Notes: generated by a model from the sequence alone, not told the origin. DNA of 62,594 nt, filler included, from Chiloscyllium plagiosum (GCF_004010195.1; 3 parts of one record of this genome joined end to end with filler, not necessarily neighbours in it), one strand, 5' to 3'. Positions 14,075 to 27,569 are shown, numbered from the whole stretch's first letter. A program made the numbers and translations.

Positions 14075-14595
14075 TCTTTCAAGCTTGCAGATAATGCAAA
14101 CATTGGTGGGAATGTATGTTGTGGAGAGGACGCAGAGAGGTTTCAAAGGGCTTTGGACCCACTGAAAGAATGGGATGTTCACAGCAGATGAAATATAATG
14201 TGGATAAATTAAAGTTAACCACTTTGGTCAGAGGAAAAAAAGATGCAGAGATTCGACCTGGTTGATGTCCAAAAGAACTCAGGTATCCTTGTTCATTAGT
14301 CACTGAAAGTGAGGATGCAGCTGTAGCAAGTAATTTGGAAGCCAAAGGATATGTTCGCCTTTATTACATGGTGAGTTGAGTGCCAGTGCAAAGACGTCTT
14401 GCTTCAGTTGTATAGAACACTGGTGAAACTGCAACTGGAGTCATGTGGTTATCTGGTCCCCTTACCTCAGGAAGGATATACCTGCCATAAGGAGAATGCA
14501 GCAGATGCTCACCTGGTTGAATCCTGGGGTCTGTCCTATGGAGAGGTTAAAGAAGCCAGGCCTAGATTTACCACAGTTTAAAAGAATAAGAAGGT
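14075..14595 (+). mobile_element. Old CR1 RT fragment
   Basis: aagcttgcagataatgcaaa (KFADD-like) and LQLYRTLVKLQLE (ORF 14399-14581). Confidence 0.75.
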
Positions 14596-15112
14596 GAATT
14601 CTCTTCGGGGCAAAGTACATGTACCAAAAGACAACTAAACTGAGACGGAAAACTATTAACTATGAAATCAATAGCCATCTTCCAAGGATAATTTAGGAAA
14701 AAACTCTGCATGATACAATCTATATTGAGTATTCTAACTGGTTACAAGGTACAGGTGTTCTATACACTCCCATTGTGTTCCTGAGTATTTGTTAATCTGT
14801 GACTATACTTATTAATTCTAAAACATTAAAAAAATTCAATCTCTTTAAAGAGACTGTCTTAGGGTGCTCAATGCTTAATCTAAAAAAAACAACATTTGCT
14901 TGAATTTTCCTGCAATATACTGCTGATCCGGAAGGTGGGAGTTCTGATCTTAATGCTGCTGAAGGCAGGAGGAGGAGACTCCAATGCTTTCACGCTGTCA
15001 CGGCATATTACCGAGTGGTGCAACCCTCTGTAACACGGTGGCTCACTGAGCGGCCAGTTTCCTCAATTAAGGGACACGTGCTAACCCCTACTGATATTTC
15101 TTTTCCTCATCA

Positions 15113-15420
15113 GGAGGGCCAGCTGCCATGAATGTACAACTGATGTGGAACCATGTGAGGAGATTAATACATCTCAGCACTTGTTTCCCAGGGAGCTGGT
15201 ATATACATGGAGCAGAACCCATAGCTCTCCAAGCTTTTTGCAGTCCCGGCCCATGTCAGTGTATTGATCCTCAGTGACAAGGGTTATCTGCTCTGTATAC
15301 AGTTGATGATGCAGTAAGACATCCCCAGAGGGATGCATTGGAGTGTTATAATCAAATCCACCAGAGCCATTGTTGAAGACACCATCCAACTTCTTAAAAT
15401 GTGCTTCCATTGTTTTGGCT
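15113..15420 (+). mobile_element. PIF/Harbinger (HARBI1-like, DDE_Tnp_4) transposase fossil
   Basis: Across frameshifts: MNVQLMWNHVRRLIHLSTCFPGSW / LILSDKGYLL..QLM / VRHPQRDALECYNQIH / TRAIVEDTIQLLKMCFHCF. These match the Harbinger motifs NVQ, PGS, GDKGY, YN..H and TR..VE..IG.LK.RF.CL in order. Confidence 0.75.
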
Positions 15421-17054
15421 GGTGTCATGAGTAGGAGTTGTCTGCTCTGCACTGACTCCCTGATGCAGCAGCATTGATAGGAGGATGCAAGGAAATCAGT
15501 GCATGGGACATCAGTCCTCCTCAGGTGATGAAGATTGTCAGTGTTTGAGGAAACCACAAATCTCTATGATTCTTACATGGATGCCATTTGAAACATGCAA
15601 GGGATGCCAGAGGCAGCCTGATCTGCACAGATTTGCACAACAACAATACAATTTCATGGACATTGTTTTATTGTCTTGCATCCATTCTCTTCCTGTGGTG
15701 TGAGCCAAGACTTGCCAACACCTCTTTACTGAGTTAACCTGTTCCCTCTATCACCTGAATAGAATGAAAGCAAGGTGGGAGGATGGGGGAATGGTGTTGG
15801 AGCTTTGTCATGAACACTTACTAGTGAGTGCTGCTATCATGAACAGTTTGGAGGTACGTGGACATTCATGTGTCAGCCTGCTTTGCCCAAATAATATCAT
15901 TCAACACAATCCTTAAAGTACCTAATGCAACTCCACCTGACTCATTTATATTTGCTGAGAGTGAATGAGACCAATATCGTCTCAAGTACATAGATAGGGG
16001 TTCCATCTGTGCCTGTGTTTTAAGCCGTGCTCTTGAGAAACATCTTCATGGAAGTAAGAACTTGCATGAGCATTCAATGAAAAACAAATAAAAACAAGTT
16101 GCATCTCTTCCAAGAATAATGTCTGTGTCCCTGTTTCCTCTCCATGCGACCTCTCCATGAACCTTGTGGATGCACCTGTACTGGCAGAGGTTGATGTTGA
16201 GATGGATGACAGTATATCCCCTGGGGCCGTGACTGCTGCACTTCCAGAGATGGAATCTTCCTGCTCTTCCTCTGGCTGTGGCTTGATTCATGGGTAATAC
16301 TGACCTGGAGTGGAGGAGAAAAGGAATCCGAATTAAGACTCTCTGCAGTGTAGTGCTTTCTAATTAATTGCATTAATTCTGAGTTCCTAATTCCCACCAA
16401 AGGACTGGTTGCCTCTTTCTGTTTATTCATGGAGGGTCCAGTCTCACCGTTCAATACGATAAATTGCACTCCCCCTCACTAATGATTTCCTTTCTCACTT
16501 CCTTGGCTGCCATAAGTAATCTTAGGTCAGAAACTCTTCCTCCTGTGCATTTCCTTGCACTAGCATTGTGGGTCTGCTTGGCTTGAATGTCAAAATGTGC
16601 AGTTAGTGACATGACCACATATATCCTCATTACATGCATGGGGCTGTTATTCATACGTTGCATCCATGCCTACACAAAGACAAACTTCCATATGTTTTAG
16701 CTTTAATTGCCATGACGAATTAATATTGATCATGCATTCACTCTTATAGATAAAATGTATTTGCAACATTGTAATATAACTTGTTTTAATAACTCCCAAC
16801 TTGCTTTGGAATAAGTCTGTGCTGTGACATCTCCTGGCTCTGGTATTTGTGTATATACATCAGAACCAAAATCTCTTACACTTGAATAACTGCTTATGCA
16901 CTGCTTCATTTTTATTATCAACAACAATGTAGACATCCATGTGAAAGTAAGTTACTGCAGGGACTATTATCAGAAAACTTCCTCTGTTCTTGTTGCTACT
17001 CATGCACGTTTGCCATGGTTCAATGGTTTGATTCCTTAATCTCTGTTTTCTGTA

Positions 17055-17222
17055 GGGAATGAGTGAACCAGATGTGTTTTTACAACAATCGACAATGGTT
17101 TCATGGCCATCATTAGACTTTTAATTCCAGATTTTTATTGAACTCAAATCCCACGATATGCCTGAGGCCCCGACCATCACCTGAGCCTCTGGATTACTAG
17201 TCCAATGACAAAACCACTAAAC
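17055..17222 (-). mobile_element. SacSINE1-type Deu-SINE fragment
   Basis: Reverse complement of the 5' half of the SINE at 35187-35640 (agtgaaccagatg...ctctggattactagtcca). Confidence 0.7.
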
Positions 17223-18242
17223 CTACAATTCTCTGGAAGTCTGGAAGCTTAATGACTGATTTTATTTCCATCTAATTGTCAGATTTGNNNNNNNNNNNNN
17301 NNNNNNNNNNNNNNNNNNNNNNNNNNNNNNNNNNNNNNNNNNNNNNNNNNNNNNNNNNNNNNNNNNNNNNNNNNNNNNNNNNNNNNNNNNNNNNNNNNNN
17401 NNNNNNNNNNNNNNNNNNNNNNNNNNNNNNNNNNNNNNNNNNNNNNNNNNNNNNNNNNNNNNNNNNNNNNNNNNNNNNNNNNNNNNNNNNNNNNNNNNNN
17501 NNNNNNNNNNNNNNNNNNNNNNNNNNNNNNNNNNNNNNNNNNNNNNNNNNNNNNNNNNNNNNNNNNNNNNNNNNNNNNNNNNNNNNNNNNNNNNNNNNNN
17601 NNNNNNNNNNNNNNNNNNNNNNNNNNNNNNNNNNNNNNNNNNNNNNNNNNNNNNNNNNNNNNNNNNNNNNNNNNNNNNNNNNNNNNNNNNNNNNNNNNNN
17701 NNNNNNNNNNNNNNNNNNNNNNNNNNNNNNNNNNNNNNNNNNNNNNNNNNNNNNNNNNNNNNNNNNNNNNNNNNNNNNNNNNNNNNNCCCTGATCATCTG
17801 TAATTACTTCCCAGGACTCCTCAATTGAGGGGTGAGCAGGCCCCTGACTGATCTCTGTGCAACTTCCAAATTGACTTACCATGAATCCTTGAACAGGTTG
17901 CCATGGACACTCAAGGGATCGTACCCCCTGACTCTGTCTGCCCTAAGCAGCTGACTGCCTGTCTCCAAGTCCCTGTACTGGATGCTGTGCTTGGCTTACT
18001 GTGCTGTGACCCATTGATGGAAGGCTGTCTCCATTGACTTGACAAAGAATTACTCCCCTTAGACTTTGAGACATGGTCATTTGGTGAAGCACGTGCATTG
18101 TGTTTGCTGTGTAAGCTGCTGGCATATGGTGCACCATGAGACTGAGGTAGCAGGTTGTCACACAGCAAAGTGACCACCCACTGGACTGATCAGTGCTTAC
18201 AACTGTGACAAGCTGCCTCACTTTTTGTCTGCACTAAAAGGC

Positions 18243-18515
18243 AAAGCAATTTTAGGACAAGCCAAACAGAGAACAGCCAGGGAATTCCTAGAGTCATGGC
18301 ACTCATCCACAGATTCTATCAACAAACACATCGACCTGGACCCAATATACCGGCCACTGCAGCGGACAGCTGGAACTGACAACCGGAAGCGGCAGAGACA
18401 AACCACTATAAATACCGAAGGGAGCATCACAGAAGTGCTTCACAGGAGGCTCCCAAGCACTGAGGATGTCACCTAGACAGGGGACGAAACATCTGCAACA
18501 CAAATTCCCAGCTCT
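18243..18515 (+). mobile_element. Penelope-like element 3' end (GIY-YIG C-terminus) with hammerhead core
   Basis: AILGQAKQRTAREFLESWHSSTDSINKHIDLDPIYRPL (ORF 18225-18476) is a PLE endonuclease C-terminus; gca-CTGAGGA-T-GTCACCT-AGAC-AGGGGAC-GAAAC-ATC-tgc at 18457-18496. Confidence 0.8.
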
Positions 18516-20150
18516 CTCTTTAGGTATTTCCTGACTAATTTGTAACTCTCAAGTACCCTAACTGAGCCTTCATGTCTCATCTTAACATAAGCCTTGTTCT
18601 TCCTCTTGACAAGAGATTCAACTTTGTTAGTAAGAATTTCCCTCACTCGACCACTTCCTCCCTGCCTGCCAGGTACTTACTTATCAAAGACATGCAGTAG
18701 ATGTTCCATGAATAAGCTCCACATTTCAATTGTGCCCATCCCCTGCTGTTTCCTCCCTTATGCATCCTAAATCTCGCCTAATTGCATCATAATTACCTTT
18801 ACCCCAATTATAACTCATGTCCTGTGGTATATAGCTATCCCTTTCCATTGCTAAAGTAAACATAACCAAATTGTGCTCACCTACTTCCAAATCTAACACC
18901 TGGCTGGGTTCATTAGCCAGTATCAAACCCAATGTGACCTCGCCCCTTGTCGGTCTGTCGCCATAATGTGTCAGGAAACCCTCCTGCACACATTGGATAT
19001 AAACTGACCCATCCAAAGTACTTAAACTATAGTATTTCCAGTCAATATTTGGAAAGTTAAAGTCCCTCATAACAACTACCCTGTTATTGTCTCTCCCAAC
19101 CAGAATCACCTTTGCTATCATTGCCTCTACATCTCTGGAACTATTTGGAGGCCTATAGAAAACCCCAACAGGGTATCCTCTCCTTTCCTGTTTCTAATCT
19201 CAGCCCATACTACCTCAATAGACAAGGCCTCAAGCATCCTTTATGCCACCATAATATTATCCTTGACCAACAATGCCACACCTCCCCCTCTTTTACCATC
19301 TTCTCTGTTCTTACTGAAACATCTCAATCCTGGAACCTGCAACAATCATTCCTGTCCCTGCTCTATCCATGCCTCCAAAATGGCCACAACACCAAAGTCC
19401 CAGGTACCAACCCATGCTGCAAGTTCACCCATCTTATTCTGGATGCTCCTGGTGTTGAAGTAGACATACTTCAAGCCACCTTCCTGCTTGCCTGTGAACT
19501 CTTGAGACCTTGAAATCTTATTTCTGACCTCACTATTCTCAACCTCCTGGATACTGGAACTACAATTTAAGTTCCCATTCCCATGCTGAATTAGTTTATA
19601 CCCTTACGAAGAGCATTAGCAAACATTCCCCCCAGGATATTGTTACCCCTCTGGTTCAGGTGTAGATCATCCTGTTTGCAAAGGTCTCACCTACCCCAGA
19701 ATGCGCCCCAATTATCCAGGAATCTTAAATCCTCCCTCCTGCACCATCCCTGTAGCCACGTGTTCAATTCCTCTCTCTCCCCATTCCTCGCCTCGCTAGC
19801 ACATGGCACATGTAACAAACCACAGACAACACCTCTGTTTGTTCTAGCTCTAAGCTTCCACCCTAGCTCCCCGAACTTCTGCCTTAAATCCCCATCCATT
19901 TTCCTACCTATGTCATTAGTGCCTGTACGGACCACAACTCAGGGCTGCTCCCCCTTCCCTTCAAGGAATCTGAAAACACGATCAGAGCCATAACGAACCT
20001 AGCACCTTGGAGACAACACACCAACCGTGAGTCTCTTGTTCCCACAGAACCGTTATCTGTTCCCCCTAACTATGGAGCTCCCAATGACTAATGCTCTGCT
20101 CTTCTCCCCCCTTCCCTTCTGAGCAACAGGGACAGACTGTGTGCCAGAGA
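18515..20150 (-). mobile_element. CR1 LINE 5' half: ORF1 SGNH esterase plus ORF2 AP endonuclease (decayed)
   Basis: ORF 19687-19935 GTNDIGRK...LNTWLQGWCRREDLRFLDNW (SGNH block III); ORF 18726-19121 VVVMRDFNFPNIDW...RPTRGEVTLGLIL (EN). Confidence 0.9.
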
Positions 20151-20159
20151 CCTGTTGGC

Positions 20160-20470
20160 TTCTTAGAAACCATCTTCCAAACCCACAACCACTGCAGTCT
20201 GGAAGAACAAGGGCAAAATGGGCTTGGGAACACCACCGTCTATGTCACTTACCATCCTGACTTGGAAATGTATCACCGTTCCTTTGGCGTTGCTTCGTCA
20301 AAATCCTGAAAAACTCTTTCCTAATTGCACTACTCACACTACTCACGCCAAATGGGCTGCAGTGGCTTAAGAAGGCAGCTCCAGCCACCTTCTCAAGGGC
20401 AGCTCACGATGCACAATAAATGCAGGCCCAGCCAGTCACACCGATGGCCCATGAATGGGTATAAGAAAAA
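20160..20470 (+). mobile_element. 3' end of an L2/CR1-group LINE sharing its tail with the SacSINE1-type SINE
   Basis: Ends ...ccttctcaagggcagc..gatgcacaataaatgcaggcccagccag, homologous to the SINE tail at ~35445-35640. Confidence 0.6.
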
Positions 20471-21727
20471 ATAAATAAAAATTCTTGAAACACTGCCTAT
20501 GATCTGTTGGAGGTTGAACATTAGACAAGCTCAGATATCTGTGCTGGATTGAAAGGATGAGAGCTAAAAGTGATCTAAATTCCACATCTTCATCATTTCT
20601 TCTTCTTTGTGACCAAAAATAAAGAAATTTCTAAAATGAGAAAGCAAGTTAGTTAGCTTGTCAATGATCCCTCTCTCCAATTGGCTAATTGTCTTGGTTT
20701 GTGAATTCCAAGTCCATGGTTTACATGATTGGATTCAGGCTAGATTATTTCCTTTCTCTTTGTCAGAGATGATTATAACTAATTCTTGATCCCTACCCAA
20801 ATGATTACTTGGATTCTTTCTGAATGAGCTACGATGAGGTAAACATGATTGGGAAGTTTGTAATGGGATTTTTTTTGACATGCTGGCTCCAGTTTAATGG
20901 CTGTAGAATTTATGAAGTTCAGTCATGTAGACAGTCAGCCATGTTAGAAACTGCTGTTTCAACTCACTGAAATGTTATTTCACTCTCTTGGAACTGTGTA
21001 GTTTTCAGTCAATAAATATACAAAGCAATATATGACAGGATTTTCATGAAAAGTCTATCTCCAATTAGTCCTTTAATTCTCCGGCACCTTTCAAAGCCAG
21101 ATTTGGCCAGAATGTACAGTTTTGAACCATATCATTGATTGTAGAATTATTTTCCACTGTCTCGAGCATATGGCCCCAACAGTTTAGTATGCCTTTGCCC
21201 CTGTGCTGGCATCTCTTTTTCAGGTATGTCTGCTGTTGCACTTGGCATACCCTCTTGCATTCATCATTGCATCAGGATCACTTCACTTGATCGTAATGGT
21301 GGGGTGCTGCAACATGAGATTACAGAGTGTGGTTGAACACATTACTGCAGCTGTTGGTGACCCACATCATCTCTGGCCTAGTTTTGCTGAATCTGTTCGA
21401 ACTCTATCCACATGACACAGTAGTAATGCTACACAACATGATGATGTGTGTCCTCAATGTGAAGATAGAATTTCATCTCCACAGAGATTGAATGATTTTT
21501 TTAAAAAAAATAGGTAAATGGATCCATGACATTGGTAAGGTCAAGGTCAAGTACACATTTTCCTCATGCCAGTTCTCTCACTGCATGCCTAAGTCCAATT
21601 GAGCAGATACGTTCGCTGTTCTTCAACACTCAGTCAGCTTAGTTTGTATTGGTATTATTGAGTTATACTTGGTGATATATATTGAACTCCCTGACCAGGA
21701 TGTACTCATGTCCTTGCTACACTCAGG

Positions 21728-23190
21728 CATAAAGTCATACAGCACAAAAACAGATCCTTTGGTCCAATCAGTCCATTCCGAACATAGTCTCAAACTAAAT
21801 TAGTTCCACCAGCCTGCATTTGGCCCATATCCCTCAGAAAACATTTCTTCTTCATGTACTTATCCAAATGTCTTTTAAATGCCGTAACTCTACCTGCATC
21901 CATCACTTCCTCTATAAGCTCATTCCACACAGGCACCACTGTCTTTGCAAAAATGTCGCCCCACATGTCTTTTTAAAATATTTCTCCTCCCACATTAAAA
22001 TTTTATTGCCTAGTCTTGAAATCCCCCACCTGCCAAAAGACACCTGCCATTCACCTTCTCTATACTTCTCACAATTTTATAAAACTCTATAAGGCCACCC
22101 TTCAACCTCCTATGCTCCAGTGAAAATGTCCCAACTTATCCATCCTCTCATTATACCTCAAACCCTCCATTCCTAGCAATATCCTGATAAATCTTTTCTG
22201 AACCCTTTCCAATTTACTAATATCCTTCCTATAACAAGAACAATCAGAACAGGACACAATACTCCAGAAAAGGCCTCACCAATGTCCTGTACAATCTCAA
22301 CAAGACGTCCCAAGCTCCTTTACTCATGGGTCCGAGCAATAAAGGCAAGTGTGCTAAACACCTGTTTAATCATCTTGTCTATATGTGATGCAAACTTCAA
22401 AGAATTATGTAACTGAATCCCTAGGTCTCTCTGTTCTACAACATTACCCAGGGCCCTACTTTTAATTGTATAAGTCTTGCCCCTGTTTGTTTTAACAAAA
22501 TGCAATACCTCTCATTTATCCAAATTAAGCTTCATCTGCCATTCCTCAGCCAACTGACTCAATTGATCAAGATCTCTTTGTGATCATAGATAACCTCCTT
22601 CAATGTCCACTGTACCACAACTTTGGTGTCATCCACAAACCTGCTAACCATGCCTTCTATATGTTCATCTAAATAATGTATATAAATGACAATCAAAACA
22701 CCGCTGGTAACAGCCCTCCAGTCCAAAAAAAAGCCATCCATCACTACTCTCTGTCTCCTGCCATTAAACCAATTTTGTATCCAATTTGCAAGTTCATCCT
22801 GAATCCCATGTGATCTAACTTTCTAATTGGTCTACCATGCAGAACCTTTTCAAAGGCTTTACTCAAGCCCAAGTAAACAATGTCTATCTCTCTGCACTCA
22901 ATTTTCTTGGCTACTTCCTCAAAAAATCTCAATCAAGTTTGTGAGACATGATTTCCCTTGCACAAAATCATACTATTTCCTAATCATTCCTTGCCTTTCC
23001 AAATGCATAGAAATCCTATCTTTCAGAATCACATCCAACAACTACCCACCACCAAAGTCAGACCCACAGGTCCATAGATACCAGGCTTCTCCTCACAGCC
23101 CTTCTGAAACAATAACAAGTCATTAGCTATACCCCAGTCATCTGGCACCTCACACTTGGTTATAGATGATACAAATATTTTTGCAAGTGT
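21728..23190 (-). mobile_element. CR1 LINE ORF2 RT region and 3' end (decayed)
   Basis: - strand fragments SRFVDDTKV, YLGLSKAFEKV, EQRDLGIQLH, VPDDWGIAN. Confidence 0.9.
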
Positions 23191-23629
23191 TTCTTCTAAG
23201 TGAAGTTCTACATGGAGGAATACTGATTCATCAGCCAAAGGGATGATGGGATGTGGTAATCAGCAGGATGTTTCCTTGCCCGTGTTTGACCTAACGCTAT
23301 GAGAGTCAATGTTGAGGACTCCCAGGGCAATTCACTCCTGTGTGCATACCATGGCATTACCCCTTCTGGGGATGTTCTGCCAGTGGGACAAGGCATGCCC
23401 AGGGATGTTAATAGTGGTGTCTGGAATGTTATCTTTGATTCTGTCTATTTGATCCCGTCAGACGGATTCTTGACTAATCATTTGGACAGTTCTCTCATTT
23501 TTGGCACTTGCTCAGATGTTAGTAAGGAGGATATTGCAGGATTAACAGGGCTATGGTTTCAGATGTCATTCTGGTGCTTAGGTTGACACTGGGTAGACTG
23601 TCTGATATTTTCCCCTTCTTTGGACTTTC

Positions 23630-23830
23630 TAGCAGTTAGATGAAACTGAGTGGATTGCTGGGCCATGTCAGAAAGCAGATAAGAGTCAACCACATTGCTG
23701 TTGGTCTGGAGTCACCAGGTAAGTCAGACCAGGTAAGAATGCAGATTTCCTTGCCTAAAAGATATTAGTTAGTTGGATGGATTTTTATGACTATTGATAG
23801 TGGTTGCCATTAGAATAGCTTTTCCTTTCT
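23630..23830 (-). mobile_element. SacSINE1-type Deu-SINE fragment
   Basis: taagagtcaaccacattgctg..ggtctggagtcac...gaccaggtaag (Deu domain, reverse complement). Confidence 0.75.
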
Positions 23831-24519
23831 GATTTATAAATGGAGAGAATCAGAGAGAAGTAGAGGTGGGAGAGGATGGATTTACATCAAGCATTGGTCT
23901 CACTGTTTAATTTTCCTATCCAGTGATAGCAATATTCAGACTTGGGTTACTTAAAAAAGACAGGACCCCGTATGCAGGACAAAAAAACATTTTCATGTGA
24001 ATAGATTTTCTAACATACAACCTTTCACAGCCAGCATGAACATTGAGACAATTTGTCATTTTGTGTTTTAAGCTATATGCATATGAATTGTAAATCTATT
24101 TTGAGAAGAATTTGGTTGCTGCTGTGGAGAGGTGGGTGGATGGAGATAAAGGAACTGGGCGAGAAGGATGGAGCAGATCATGGAGTAAGTGGCCAGTTTG
24201 GAGTCTGAGAGTGAGAGACAAGCTGAGAGGCAATTACAGGGAAAAACAATGTTGTTTTTAATCGTGCCTTTGAGCAGGAAATCTAGTTTTATAAGGATTT
24301 TCAATTATGCTGAAATACATTGGATACAAATACAATAAACCATACGGTTCTGCTTTATCGAGTATGTTTGAAAGTTACTCTAACTAGAAGGATAATCCCA
24401 AAATTCAAAATCTAATGGCATTTCAGATTTTATCAAGGGATTTTACAAAAAAAATCAATTCAATATTGATGAGACTAATAGCTGTCACAGGTCTGTTGCC
24501 AATGTTATTATGTTTATTT

Positions 24520-24713
24520 CAAAAGACACTAAAATTGCTATAGTCTCAGAGGGCTGTTCTTCCATTAGAGAGGGACAACCTGTGAGCCTTAAGCAAGGGA
24601 TGAGGTTGAGAAAGCAAGACTTTTATGATAACCTCAGTCAATGTGGTTTGGGAATTGAACCCATGCTGTTGGTGCCATTCTGCATCACAAACCAGCTGAC
24701 TAGCCAACCAAGC
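24520..24713 (-). mobile_element. tRNA-derived SINE (third family)
   Basis: - strand head with B box GGTTCAATTCC (gggaattgaaccc at 24651-24663 on +); short body. Confidence 0.6.
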
Positions 24714-27062
24714 CCTTCGTTAACAGTAGGAAGTCTTTTGATGAAAAACAATGCAATGCTTTTTTTTAAACTTAGCTTACTTGCTGACTCACAGTAGAAG
24801 TTATGAAGGCCCCAAGTCATTAACTAGCTCCCTAATGCTGAAGATTAATTTGTATTGAGGCAATTGTTTCGAGTATAAGTTATGATTTTACCAACATTGT
24901 TCTACTTGGATTTTCAATGAAAATAGAAGAACCCCACAAGCATGCCAGAAGCCCCAGAAAGGGGAATATAGCTCTTGTCACTAAGTCTCTTGTTTCCAAT
25001 CATGGATCTTTCGCTGTTCTTGTATCTGTCTGCAGTAGTAATCTGAGCCATTTGTCATCTTTGACAAGAACAATTGTCAGAACAATGTTAGCAACATAAA
25101 TTGCACCATAATTACATAGGGTCACAAGTAATTGAAATCTTACAAAATAATTGGAAGCTCTATTTATTTCAAATTGTCCTTCTGAATGCTGCCATGGGGA
25201 TGGATCCATGGCTGTCCCTCTCCCCAGGAACTTGCCTGAGTGCCCTTTCTTTACACATGGGTCTGAATGGCTATTAGCTGTGGAGGCATCATGCATTACA
25301 CATGCAAATTCTCTGTCCAAGATCTAAACACTGCTCCCATTTCTGTTTTGCTCCTCAGCTCCTGGATGGTATAAGAATATTGCTGATAGATGTGCTAATG
25401 TGCTATAGTGAGGATACAAAAAAAAAACTACATCTCAACACCAATTCGGTTAACAACAACCTGACATTAAAGGTGGTGGTAGAAAGAACATAAAAACTTC
25501 CATTTATTTAACACAATTTTCATGATCTCTGGATACCTCAAAGCACTTTACAACTCGTGAAGTGCTTTGGAAGGGCAGAATCTTAAAGGGGACTGAGTGA
25601 AGGTGGGACTTGTGGCAGAAATGAATGGGAGACTGGACAAATCCCATCTCAAGGTTGGGAGCATCTTCTCGTTTCAGCATGTATGTTTTTGCCAAAATGC
25701 TGAGGTCAGTTTCTCACAAGGCAATGGCGAGTTACCAGTGAAGAGGGTTCATGGCTTGTTAAATGCCTTGTTAAGAGCCCAACTCAGCTCTTCAATGTTT
25801 AACTTCCAATCTTACCAAACATGCTGATCAAATGTGATGTTGTGAAATCTCATTGTGGAAATCAGAGTTGGTACCTAGGGACTTCAGCTCACTGCTGGCA
25901 GCTTCCATTATACTCAGTACCAAAGAGCATCTTAGGTCATGGTCCATGGGCACCAGCCCTCGTTCAAGAACAATGGTGTCTGATACTTGCTAACCTCTCA
26001 TGACCTTCACAGCATCCATCCCATACCCTTGCATAGGAAGCACAGAGCTGCATTGCTGGGTGCACCTGTAACTCTCACTGAGAGACTGCTGTAGGGGCAT
26101 TTTACATACAAGTACAGGCACCCAGCTCACCGATTGGTCCAACTTGCTCAGTTGCTTTCTTATTTCTTGGTAGCTTAGCTCCTACATTCATACTTGGAGC
26201 ATCTGTGCTTTACCACGCCAGTTAGCATATTGGCACTTCAGCCAGAGCCGAAGTATTGCTGTATCTATATGTTTTCTTTTTGCAGAGTCACACAGACTCA
26301 CTGCTTGTCAATAGTAATCTATCAGAGGTGGGGGATGATGGGGGATAGGGAAAAACTTGCTGAATGGTGCAATGAGACATAAGTTCAGCACCTACAACTG
26401 CCTGTGTAGCAACACAGACTGCACATTTATTCAGAAACTGGATGTGGCCTAGTCCTCACCAGTTAAAGGGGGGAGGGGGGACTGCTGTTGGTCAGGGGGT
26501 CCTAATGCTGTTAGTCACAGGCACAATCTGTACACAGTCCAGAGGTTTTGCTATGGTTGTCAGCTTGGGACACTCACTATCAGGGGAATTGTCAACTGCA
26601 GTCCATGGAGAGGGCAATAGTCAGTCCTGTAGGGCCAGCAACAGGATTCAGGGGCCAATTGTGTGCCATCAGTCAGGGATCTGCAATCAGAGCAGTCAAG
26701 GTCTGGTCAGCCATGTCTAGAGGCTGCTTACTGTAGTCAGTCAGAGGCCTAAAGTAAATACATCCGTTGATCATTAAACAGGATGCAAGGCCGTTGTATA
26801 ATGGTTGCAGTGGGGATACTGCCAAAAGACGTGGAGCAATCAAGGCCTGAGAGGGGAAATCAGAGGGATTTGTGAAGGTGGGAATAAGAACAGTGAAGGG
26901 ATGGGGGGTGGAAGTGGAATCTCAAGCTGTAAGGGGGACATGGTCGGCCAAGGGAGGGGGTTATTGGCAGTCACTAGCACTATAGCCTCCACAGGGCGAT
27001 TGTACAGTATCAGGACAGTCTTCATTAAGGTGAATGGTGGGATTCACGAAGCAGGGAGGATA

Positions 27063-27100
27063 GCTGGAGGCAAAGTTCCATGTGGAACTTTGCCTCCAGC
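27063..27100. repeat. Perfect 18-bp inverted repeat with 2-nt spacer
   Basis: GCTGGAGGCAAAGTTCCA-TG-TGGAACTTTGCCTCCAGC. Confidence 0.95.
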
Positions 27101-27397
27101 AAAGTATTTAGGTATGAAATAGAAAATAAAGGAAGAAGTTAACAGTTCAACATTATGCTCCTTCGTAAGTGCTGAGCCATGGGCCTGGATCAGGATCCTT
27201 GCACGCCGACACAGAGACTAAAAACAGCAGGACCCAGCCTCGAATCCCTTCGCCTCACTGCCTTTCACCAACTGGACTCGACTAACAACACCATCGCCAT
27301 GACTCCATGCTGGCCTGACCTCAGCAATGCAGCTGCTGCTGAGGCTGGTGGGTCCTGGACTGGGCACTGGGTCCAAAACTGCCTGCATCCTCCACCA

Positions 27398-27569
27398 GCA
27401 GGAACACACTCTCTCCCCCGCTCCACCGCCAGGAACACACTCTCTCCCCTGCTCCACCCCCAGGGACACACTCTCTCCCCCGCTCCACCGCCAGGAACAC
27501 ACTCTCTCCCCCGCTCCACCCCCAGGAACACACTCTCTCCCCCGTTCCACCCCCAGGAACACACTCTCT
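27398..27569. repeat. 31-bp minisatellite (at least 5 copies, runs into gap)
   Basis: Unit caggaacacactctctcccccgctccacc(g/c)c; units start at 27401, 27432, 27463 and so on. Confidence 0.95.

Noticed and set aside
17262..17882. Long ORFs spanning N gaps (also 56387-57386 and 61918-62581)
   Set aside because: Their length comes from X residues; the real parts are CR1 sequence or noise.
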